From Candidatus Bathyarchaeota archaeon (GTDB lineage: Archaea; Thermoproteota; Bathyarchaeia; TCS64): DNA of 63,117 nucleotides. Position 1 is the first letter of the stretch; each line of letters begins with the position of its first letter. Where the stretch lies: the NCBI GenBank assembly GCA_043826455.1, contig JBDRQD010000075.1, forward strand, positions 1 to 63,117. The letters run 5' to 3'. Of the stretch, positions 52,076 to 59,694 are shown one piece after another. The notes under the pieces were generated by a model. That model was given only the letters and a program-made list of their open reading frames with translations. It searched no databases and was not told the DNA's origin. A program made the position numbers and the translations under genes.

Positions 52076-52370
52076 ATACTAGTCTATACCTAGTGCATAT
52101 ATTATGATTATGTTGTAGTCGTCCATCAAGTTCCGAGGCTTTTATTTAACAGGCGTAACCGTTTTTTGACTCTTCCATGTTAAGAACATCGCTTATTTGT
52201 GGGACAACCGGTTTCTTGTGGCTAAAATGTTAAAAGAGGGGCCTTGGATTCGCCTGAGTTACCATGGGTGGGGGTGGCGGCTGAGCCAGCTTGTCTATCC
52301 TGCCTTAAATGGTGCCGTTTTTAGGGTGAGGGCTACTCTTAAAAATGGGTGTTGTATAAAGGTGGTGCGT

Positions 52371-52448
52371 GAGCCCGTAGCTCAGCTCGGATAGAGCACC
52401 GACCTCCTAAGTCGGGGGTCGTGGGTTCAAATCCCACCGGGCTCGCCA
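52371..52448 (+). tRNA. tRNA-Arg(CCT), intronless, encoded CCA
   Basis: GAGCCCG/CGGGCTC acceptor, CCGAC-CTCCTAA-GTCGG anticodon arm, GTTCAAAT T-loop, GCCA. Confidence 0.96.
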
Positions 52449-52521
52449 ACACCCGAACCGGGTTAGAAGATGCCGAAAAACAGGAATTAAGCATTTAATC
52501 CTGTGAGCCACTCGATCACAC

Positions 52522-52998
52522 GTGAACAGAAGCACCCCTATAGCTATCCTGCTGGTCACAGTCATCATAGTATCAGTGGCTTGGAGATACACGCATCCGC
52601 CTCAGTACTCCGAGGAGGGATTCAGCATCATCCTCACCAAGGATGGCTCCAGGGTGCTATCAGACGCAGACATCCAACGTTATAACACTGCCAGCCACGA
52701 GCTGACCCTGACTGAGGAATGCGCCGACAGGATGAAAAGGATGAGGGAGCCCCTAATGGGCGACTTCGTGATCATTGTTGATGGGGAGGAGGACCTACGT
52801 GGCGTATTTGTGCCCCCAGTAGTCTCACGGTCGTATCCGTCGACAGAGGTTGTGATCTTGTACCCATCATTTGACTCAGATTATAGAACCATGAAGATCC
52901 AGATGGGGTACCCCTGGGATCAGCCTACAGAGGTGGACCCAAGGCGGAACTCAAAGATGATTCAACACTTCGATAAAACTGGTAGGCTCACCCGATGA
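52522..52998 (+). CDS. Membrane-anchored/secreted hypothetical protein
   Basis: N-terminal hydrophobic helix then a soluble domain. Confidence 0.7.
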   Translation: MNRSTPIAILLVTVIIVSVAWRYTHPPQYSEEGFSIILTKDGSRVLSDADIQRYNTASHELTLTEECADRMKRMREPLMGDFVIIVDGEEDLRGVFVPPVVSRSYPSTEVVILYPSFDSDYRTMKIQMGYPWDQPTEVDPRRNSKMIQHFDKTGRLTR

Positions 52999-53010
52999 AT
53001 CGCCCTCGAA

Positions 53011-53071
53011 AGATCATTATCCTCGTCTCTAATTCACTCATACAAGGTTGATGCCGATGGTTGAGTCAGCT
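53011..53071 (+). pseudogene. 5' relic of a fifth array paralog (upstream motif + first 5 codons)
   Basis: TTATCCTC-N32-ATGGTTGAGTCAGCT vs unit 4 TTATCCTC-N32-ATGGTTGAGTTAGCT. Confidence 0.75.
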
Positions 53072-53081
53072 GATTGGCGCT

Positions 53082-53228
53082 TCACGTTTTCTCAGATTGA
53101 TACCCGTTGAACCGTCTCCACTCCCCGCAGAAGGAGCCACCGCCCTCACGGTTGCACGCCGCCGCATCAGCCTTATACCTTAGACATCGCCATGCGAAGA
53201 GGCAGAGCCCGGGTTTAGGAGGATTCAT
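53082..53228 (-). CDS. 48-aa four-Cys microprotein
   Basis: MNPPKPGLCLFAWRCLRYKADAAACNREGGGSFCGEWRRFNGYQSEKT; GGGGTGAT RBS 7 nt upstream. Confidence 0.6.
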   Translation of the reverse strand: MNPPKPGLCLFAWRCLRYKADAAACNREGGGSFCGEWRRFNGYQSEKT

Positions 53229-53398
53229 GTGTAGTATCACCCCGTTAATCGACTCCCTCTTAATAGGACTTTATTCTGCATGACATGAGAAGATGCTCGG
53301 AGAGAGGCTGCTACTCCGGACAGGGGATAAGAAACGGTTACCCCCTCCATAACCTTATCCTCGCATCAAACTCACACATAGAATAGGTGAAATAGTAA

Positions 53399-53977
53399 TT
53401 GGTTGACCTTGCTCAGATTCAGACAGCGTACTATATGGTGGCAGCCACAGGAGTACTAGTAGCAGCCGTGTTCTACATACTAAACCTCAGGATAAGCCAG
53501 AGGAACCAGGAGCTAATGCTCAAAGCCCAGCAACAGACTCTCGAAACTAGGCAGGCTCAGATGTTCATGAACATCTACCAGCAGGTAACATCGAAGACAT
53601 TCATACAAGCAAACAACTTGGCGTTTGAGGACAGCCAATGGAGCACATGGGAGGAGCTCCAGAATCACTGGAAGGATACGGAGTTCAGGGAATCCTTCAA
53701 CATCGTAGGTACCTATTATGAGGGTTTAGGAGTCTTAGTGAGGGAGAACCTGTTGAACATAAGGCTTGTAGCTCTCTTAATCTGCGGGATGACTCTTAGA
53801 TATTGGGAGAGGCTTGGCCCTGTTGTGGATGATGCGAGGAAAGGCATGGAGTTTTCGAGGTTTCTTAGTGAATCAGAGTACCTGTATGGCGAGTTGATGA
53901 AGTACCTTGGTGAGCATCCTGAACTGCAGACCACTGCCTATAGAGCCATGAAAGAATGGAAAACCGAGACTCCATAA
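53399..53977 (+). CDS. Array paralog 1: N-terminal TM + helical domain (DUF4760-like)
   Basis: 'AAVFYILN..QQQTLETRQAQMFM..YYEGLGVLV..YWE..EYL'. Confidence 0.8.
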   Translation: MVDLAQIQTAYYMVAATGVLVAAVFYILNLRISQRNQELMLKAQQQTLETRQAQMFMNIYQQVTSKTFIQANNLAFEDSQWSTWEELQNHWKDTEFRESFNIVGTYYEGLGVLVRENLLNIRLVALLICGMTLRYWERLGPVVDDARKGMEFSRFLSESEYLYGELMKYLGEHPELQTTAYRAMKEWKTETP

Positions 53978-54021
53978 CCTTATCCTCAGTTCGTATTCAC
54001 CGTTAATTGAGTGAATCATGT

Positions 54022-54531
54022 ATGGTTGAACTCGAGGCGATGTCGATAGTGTTCACGGGGCTGAGCATAAGCCTAGCCGCCTTCTACTACACGATGACGC
54101 TTAGGAACGCGCAGCGCACCCAGCAACAGCAGTTAGAGACCAGGCAAGCCCAGCTGTTCATGCAGGTATACAGCAAGTGGCAGGATAAGGACTTTAACGA
54201 GTCAAAGCAGCTTGTGCTCTATGAGTATAAGTGTGATGGCTTTGATGACTATGACGCTATTATGAGGGATAAGGAGAAGGCGGCTAACCTGAGAGTCATC
54301 GGCACTTTCCTTGAGGGTCTCGGGGTTCTCGTTAAGCGTAGATTGGTGGATGTTGGGTTTGTTGATGATATGATGAGTGGTGATGTTTTGCGGTTCTGGG
54401 ATAAGTATGGTGGAGCTGTTCGGGAGTTTAGGGTGAGGAGGGATTATCCTCAGGCTCTCGAGTACACTGAGTTGCTCTATACTGAGATTAAGGCAGTGGC
54501 CGAGAGGCAGCTTGTAGCAAAACGGGCATAA
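54022..54531 (+). CDS. Array paralog 2 (DUF4760-like)
   Basis: 'AAFYY..QQQLETRQAQLFM..FLEGLGVLVKR..FWDK'. Confidence 0.8.
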   Translation: MVELEAMSIVFTGLSISLAAFYYTMTLRNAQRTQQQQLETRQAQLFMQVYSKWQDKDFNESKQLVLYEYKCDGFDDYDAIMRDKEKAANLRVIGTFLEGLGVLVKRRLVDVGFVDDMMSGDVLRFWDKYGGAVREFRVRRDYPQALEYTELLYTEIKAVAERQLVAKRA

Positions 54532-54573
54532 TCTTATCCAAACATCAAACCAACTCATATTCTGTGATTATGA

Positions 54574-55131
54574 TTGGTTGATTTGGCTGAGATTCAGGCC
54601 GCCTACTACATGGTAGCAGCAACAGGAGTACTCATCGCAGCAATATTCCACGTACTGAACATGAGGGCTACCCGTAGAAACATGGAGCTTACCCTCCAGA
54701 CGAGACGAATGGGACAGGCCGAAAACATAGCTCAACAAACGAGAGATTCACAGGGAATGAGAGCCTACTTTGAACTTCTCAACATGGAGTGGATGGACTA
54801 CGACGATTTTGAGAAGAAGTACGGCTCGGACAACAATGTTGAGAACGCCGCCATGAGGTATGCAACATGGTCTAGTTACAACTCAATTGGGTCGATGCTT
54901 CGGAAAGGCATGGTGGAGGCTGAGGACATCTACGACGCGGGTATGATAGGGGTTATCTTCCTGTGGGCGAAGTTTAAGGATGTCATCGAGGAGAGTCGTA
55001 GGAGGTACAATGGTCAGGACTATCTGCGAGACTTTGAGTACCTTGCCGGAGAGATGCTGAAGGTGAAACTTAGGAAGGACCCTTCATACAAGGTGCCAGA
55101 AACCCTAAGCAGGTACATACCAGATGAGTGA
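54574..55131 (+). CDS. Array paralog 3 (DUF4760-like)
   Basis: N-terminus near-identical to paralog 1; 'YNSIGSMLRKG..LWAK..FEYLA'. Confidence 0.8.
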   Translation: MVDLAEIQAAYYMVAATGVLIAAIFHVLNMRATRRNMELTLQTRRMGQAENIAQQTRDSQGMRAYFELLNMEWMDYDDFEKKYGSDNNVENAAMRYATWSSYNSIGSMLRKGMVEAEDIYDAGMIGVIFLWAKFKDVIEESRRRYNGQDYLRDFEYLAGEMLKVKLRKDPSYKVPETLSRYIPDE

Positions 55132-55186
55132 CTCCCCTCCATAACCTTATCCTCACCTTAAACTCACTCTATCTTGGTGAATGTTG

Positions 55187-55744
55187 ATGGTTGAGTTAGC
55201 TACCCTTCAGGCGGTCAGCTACATCATGGGCAGCCTAGGAGTCTTCGTAGCCGCAGTCTACTACATCCTGAACATTCAAAATAACCGCAGAAACCAGGAA
55301 CTCGGCCTCAAAGCGCAGCAGCAGGCCATCGAGACCAGAAACATCCAGTTCCTCATAACGCTACACAACTCCATGGACACTGAAAGCATACTCATATCCT
55401 GGAAGGACATGATCGGAAAAAAGGAGTGGACCACATTCGAGGAGTGGTGGGACAAGTTTGGCCCGGAGAACAACATCGAGTACTTCACCAAATGGCTTCG
55501 GTCTCAGATACTGTACGAGATATACGGAGCCATGGTGAGAAGAGGCTTCATAGACGCTGATCTGGTGGACGACATGATGTCAGGGCCCATCCTGATGTAC
55601 TGGGAGGCGTCGAAGCCCATCATCTACGGCATGAGGGAGAAGAAAGGCTACCCCCAGTTCCAGGAACACTTCGAGTACCTGGCCGGCAGGATAAGGGAGA
55701 TAGTGTCGGAGCAGCACCCAGACTTCAAAGGGCATAAAGAGTGA
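55187..55744 (+). CDS. Array paralog 4 (DUF4760-like)
   Basis: 'AAVYYILN..RNQEL.LKAQQQAIETR..YEIYGAMVRRG..YWE..FEYLA'. Confidence 0.8.
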   Translation: MVELATLQAVSYIMGSLGVFVAAVYYILNIQNNRRNQELGLKAQQQAIETRNIQFLITLHNSMDTESILISWKDMIGKKEWTTFEEWWDKFGPENNIEYFTKWLRSQILYEIYGAMVRRGFIDADLVDDMMSGPILMYWEASKPIIYGMREKKGYPQFQEHFEYLAGRIREIVSEQHPDFKGHKE

Positions 55745-56131
55745 GCGCGCCTGATCTAAATGCGAGAACGAAAAGCTGCAGGTCCTTTTTATTACCGCAT
55801 CTGTTCATATCTACTGGTTTAAAAAAGGGGAGTTCACCGGGACAAACACCATAACTCCAGCCAAACTCCACATAACGACAGCTAAATGCAACCCCGAAAA
55901 ACCACGTTCTCCCACGCAACCGTAACGCCACCCTCGAACAAGCAATGCCCCGCGGCGGACACCGCCGACCACCACCACCGCCAAACAACCCCTAAAAAGC
56001 CTCCAAACCACAAAAAAAGCCTGAAAACGGGGAATCGCGGTGGCGGTGATGGGACCCCCCCCCCCCTCCCCCCCACGCACACACGCGGACCAACCGCAAA
56101 CCGTAAAACCCCCACAACCAACCAATACCCC

Positions 56132-57307
56132 ATGAACATAGACACCAACATCAAAAAAATCAGAACCGAGTTCCCCATCCTAACCCAACTCAAATACCTC
56201 AACAGCGCCGCCCACGGCCCCACCCTCAAAAGAGTCCACACAGCCACCCAGCAATGGTGGAAACGCAAAACCAACGAGAAAGACACCACACCACCCGACG
56301 CCATCACAGAAGCAGCCAAACTACTACACTGCCACACAGACGAACTCTGCTACGCCAACAGAGTAAGCCACGCCCTCAACACCATCAGCACCATGACACC
56401 CCTCAAACACGGCGACAACATAGTCGTCACCGACCTAGGCTACCAGTCCAACGTCTACGTCTGGATGCCCCACCAAACAAAAGGAGTCGAGATCAGACGA
56501 ATAAACCACCACGACGGCACCATAGACACCCAAGACTTCGAAAAAACCATAGACGACAAAACAAAAATAGTCTGCCTCAGCCGCGTCGAGTGGACCAGCG
56601 GCCTACGCTACGACATGAAAGCCATCTCAGACACAGCCCACAGCCACGGAGCCCTCATAGTAGACGACGGCTACCAAGCCCTCGGAGCCATAGACGTAGA
56701 CCTCCACAAAACAGACATAGACTTCTTCACCGCCGGCAGCGAAAAATGGCTATGCTGCCCAGCCATGACAGGCGTCCTCTACGTCAAACGCAGCCTCCAC
56801 AACCAGTTCGAGCCCACCTACCGCAACTACGGAAACGTAGAAGAAGCCTTCAGGGACGGAGCCCCCTGGGAGAAGCCCACCCACGACAACATAGCCAGCT
56901 ACAGCCACCCCCTCTACCCTGACGCCCGCAAGTACTACCAGGGACTGGTCAGCGAGGAGTTCACCTGGGGCTTCCACGCCTGCCTCAGCTACTTCAACGA
57001 GCTAGGAGCAACAAACATCGAGAAGAAGACCATGAAGCTCAGCCAGCACCTCATAGAAGGCCTCAAGGAGCACCCCGTCAAGGTCAATACACCCGAGGAG
57101 CCCGAGAAACGAGGCGCCCTAGTCACCTACAACACGGGCAGCTACCAGAAGAACCAGAAACTATACGAGGCCCTCAAAAAGGAAGGCATCATAGTAGCCC
57201 ACAGGTACGCAGCAGGAGTCGGCGGCATAAGGGTCTCATGCCACTTCTTCAACACCGAGGACGAGATAGACGCCCTCCTAGCTGTCCAAAAGGCAGCCCT
57301 ATCCTAG
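56132..57307 (+). CDS. Class V PLP aminotransferase / cysteine-desulfurase-like
   Basis: 'YLNSAAHGP', 'DGYQ', 'SEKWL', 'IRVSCHFFN'; ATG 56132 inferred. Confidence 0.87.
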   Translation: MNIDTNIKKIRTEFPILTQLKYLNSAAHGPTLKRVHTATQQWWKRKTNEKDTTPPDAITEAAKLLHCHTDELCYANRVSHALNTISTMTPLKHGDNIVVTDLGYQSNVYVWMPHQTKGVEIRRINHHDGTIDTQDFEKTIDDKTKIVCLSRVEWTSGLRYDMKAISDTAHSHGALIVDDGYQALGAIDVDLHKTDIDFFTAGSEKWLCCPAMTGVLYVKRSLHNQFEPTYRNYGNVEEAFRDGAPWEKPTHDNIASYSHPLYPDARKYYQGLVSEEFTWGFHACLSYFNELGATNIEKKTMKLSQHLIEGLKEHPVKVNTPEEPEKRGALVTYNTGSYQKNQKLYEALKKEGIIVAHRYAAGVGGIRVSCHFFNTEDEIDALLAVQKAALS

Positions 57308-57390
57308 TTTTTCCATATTATAACCTCATCACAGTCATACTGATCCCCGCTACTCAATCATTATTAGAAAAAACCTGAAACAAGGTACTG

Positions 57391-59268
57391 ATGCCCCCAA
57401 GAGCGTACCTAAAGCTAGCCATACTAGCGGCAGCCCTACTGATGCTCATGTCTCCGACGGTGGGGGCAGACGCCGAGATCACAGTCACCCAGAGCTTCAC
57501 CACCAAGGACAGGGTGGACATAGGGGAGTTCATCACCGTAGGCTACAGGCTCGTGTGGACCGCCACCAAGGCCCCCGTCGAGTCAGCCACAGTATTGATG
57601 AACGGAGCCGTCTGCGACAGATGGGACAACGGCTGGTACGTGTTCCCGGACACATCCACCACCGTAGCCTACAGGCAGTACAACCTCAACTCCGTGTCCG
57701 TGGGCGGAACCCCACGGAGCTTCCAGATGAACGTCGAGCCAGAGACCTGCGTCTTCGACCAGGTCATCATCAATATGTACTCAGAGTACGAGCGGGTCAA
57801 CGTGGGAGAGCCACCGCCCCTGGTCTGGTACGCCTACTACGCCTTCAACTTCGAGACATTCAAAGGCACAGTGGTGTTCAACCACACCGGGCCCTACAAC
57901 ACGGTAGGCAGAAGAGGGATAACCGTCGAGTACATCGAGGACCCAGTCCACGGCATCCACAGCTTCGACGCGGACACCGCGAAAATAACCTGGGACACAG
58001 TGGAGGTAAGACTCTACAGCGACAAGCAAAGATACGACGTAAGCAAAGAGGCCAAGATATCCTACACGGCCCACTACAAGTCAGACACCATACCCTTCAT
58101 AGGCACCATAGAGCTTAACGACACCCTCACCAAGGACCAGGTGGGCAAGTACAGGTACACCGTGAAATCCATAGACGACCACAGGAACGGCGTCACGGCC
58201 TTCACATGCAACACCGTGGAGGCGGTCTACGACAAGATAATCGTGGAACTGGAGACCGAGGACGACAGGATCAACGTCGGCGAACAGGCGCCCATAACCT
58301 ACAGGGCCTACCACGCCTACGACGGCCAAGAGTACGCCGGAGACATAGTGCTCACCCCCAAGGTCCTGGAGTCCCCCGGCTCAGCCGACGTCCGGGTCCT
58401 CAGACTCAGAGACATGGTGTACTTCATAGGGGCCTTCGAGGCCAACACTGTCCACGTGGTCTGGGACCAGATACAGGTAGACCTCAGCGTGGACGACCAC
58501 CGGGTAGACCTGGGCGAGACAGTGGAGGTAGACTACACGGCACGCTACGCCTACGACGGTCAGCCCCTCGACCCCGGCGCGGTCAAGCTGAACGCGTACA
58601 CCATGACCGGGGACACGGTGGGGGACTACGCCTTCGAGGTAGTCGAAGTGGGGCCCAACCCGCACAACATAACCTCTGTGAGCTTCAACGAGTGCAAGGT
58701 GGTCTGGGACCAGGTCGCGGTGAAAGTGAAGTCGCCGACAGAGAGAGTGGTACTGGGCACCATGACAGGGCCCGACGTGGAGGCCTACTATGTTTACGAC
58801 CAGAAGCCCTTCCAAGGCACCTACAGGCTCGACAAGGAGTTCTCCGCGGCCCCCGGCTCCGAGACCTATCGGGTTACGGGAATAACCGACCCTCTTTATG
58901 GCTTGAGGGGCTTCACCTGCCAGGAGGGCACCTACTACTTCGACACCGTCAAGGTCGAGCACAGGGAGAACCAGCTCATACCCGGCATGATCCAGGTGAC
59001 CCTCAGCCTCAGGTACGGGACGGATAACGCCCCCGTGGAAGACGCCGGTGTAGCGGTCAACGGAGCGCCCTGCACGTACCAGGGGGGAGGAGTCTACACC
59101 GCGTCCCTCACCAGCCTGCAGCCCATGACCAGCCTCCAGAGCCTGATCCAGGTCGACGGCAAGGTCGTGGAGCAGTTGACCGTCACCGCCCCCATGGTGG
59201 GCAACATAGCCGTGATGGTCGCCGTCCTAGCTCTTGTCGTCCTAGCGGTCAACAGGCTCAGGCGATGA
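57391..59268 (+). CDS. Surface protein: signal peptide, ~79-aa repeats, C-terminal TM anchor
   Basis: Repeats begin V(F/W/Y)D.(V/I) and contain 'R(V/I)(N/D)VG' and 'A.Y.YD'; ends in a TM helix + RLRR. Confidence 0.82.
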   Translation: MPPRAYLKLAILAAALLMLMSPTVGADAEITVTQSFTTKDRVDIGEFITVGYRLVWTATKAPVESATVLMNGAVCDRWDNGWYVFPDTSTTVAYRQYNLNSVSVGGTPRSFQMNVEPETCVFDQVIINMYSEYERVNVGEPPPLVWYAYYAFNFETFKGTVVFNHTGPYNTVGRRGITVEYIEDPVHGIHSFDADTAKITWDTVEVRLYSDKQRYDVSKEAKISYTAHYKSDTIPFIGTIELNDTLTKDQVGKYRYTVKSIDDHRNGVTAFTCNTVEAVYDKIIVELETEDDRINVGEQAPITYRAYHAYDGQEYAGDIVLTPKVLESPGSADVRVLRLRDMVYFIGAFEANTVHVVWDQIQVDLSVDDHRVDLGETVEVDYTARYAYDGQPLDPGAVKLNAYTMTGDTVGDYAFEVVEVGPNPHNITSVSFNECKVVWDQVAVKVKSPTERVVLGTMTGPDVEAYYVYDQKPFQGTYRLDKEFSAAPGSETYRVTGITDPLYGLRGFTCQEGTYYFDTVKVEHRENQLIPGMIQVTLSLRYGTDNAPVEDAGVAVNGAPCTYQGGGVYTASLTSLQPMTSLQSLIQVDGKVVEQLTVTAPMVGNIAVMVAVLALVVLAVNRLRR

Positions 59269-59313
59269 GCCTGAGCGCAAGTCTTTTTTAAAAAGACGCG
59301 AAAAACATATTGA

Positions 59314-59679
59314 GTGAAAATGAACATCGTTGGACTACTCATAAGCATCGTCGTCGGGAGCATCATCACGGCTCCCTTCCTCTGGCTGGCCGGAAAATGG
59401 ATCGTGGGCGGGAAGAAGGCCAAGTTCACTGACGCTGTGTGGATAGGAATACTGGGCGCGGTGATTAACGCCGTCATAGGCTCCGTGATGGGTGGATCGT
59501 TGGGCTCTCTCGCCCAGCTCGTCGCCTACCTCTACCTTGTGAAGACGTACTATGAGACCGGGTGGGGCAACGCAATCATAATCTCCATCCTTGCCGTGAT
59601 AATAGTGGCCGTAGTGTTGGTCCTCGTAGGGATGGTATTCGGGATAAGCCTCGGCATGGGGTACGGCCCACCTTTCTAG
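59314..59679 (+). CDS. Small multi-TM membrane protein
   Basis: Three to four hydrophobic helices. Confidence 0.75.
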   Translation: MKMNIVGLLISIVVGSIITAPFLWLAGKWIVGGKKAKFTDAVWIGILGAVINAVIGSVMGGSLGSLAQLVAYLYLVKTYYETGWGNAIIISILAVIIVAVVLVLVGMVFGISLGMGYGPPF

Positions 59680-59694
59680 CCACTTAAAGCTTTT

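Larger units (their letters stand above)
53348..55154 (+). repeat. CATAA(C/T)CTTATCC motif, four copies, one before each paralog
   Basis: At 53348, 53973, 54527 and 55140; 47-51 nt before each start. Confidence 0.9.

Noticed and set aside
51642..52076. 144-aa ORF 'MPRRKRNP...'
   Set aside because: Runs out of frame into the cyclophilin-like gene, and its 5' part is better explained by the base-paired element; not fully excluded.
53348..55154. Array motif as integron attC sites or a DGR
   Set aside because: No attC-like inverted R/L boxes, no integrase or reverse transcriptase, and no template/variable repeat pair differing only at adenines.
55828..55842. attR copy of tRNA-Arg closing the island
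   Set aside because: Only a 7-bp match (CACCGGG); not distinguishable from chance.
55886..56131. 82-aa N-terminal extension of the aminotransferase ORF
   Set aside because: An open frame caused by T-poor low-complexity DNA; homology-like sequence starts at ATG 56132.
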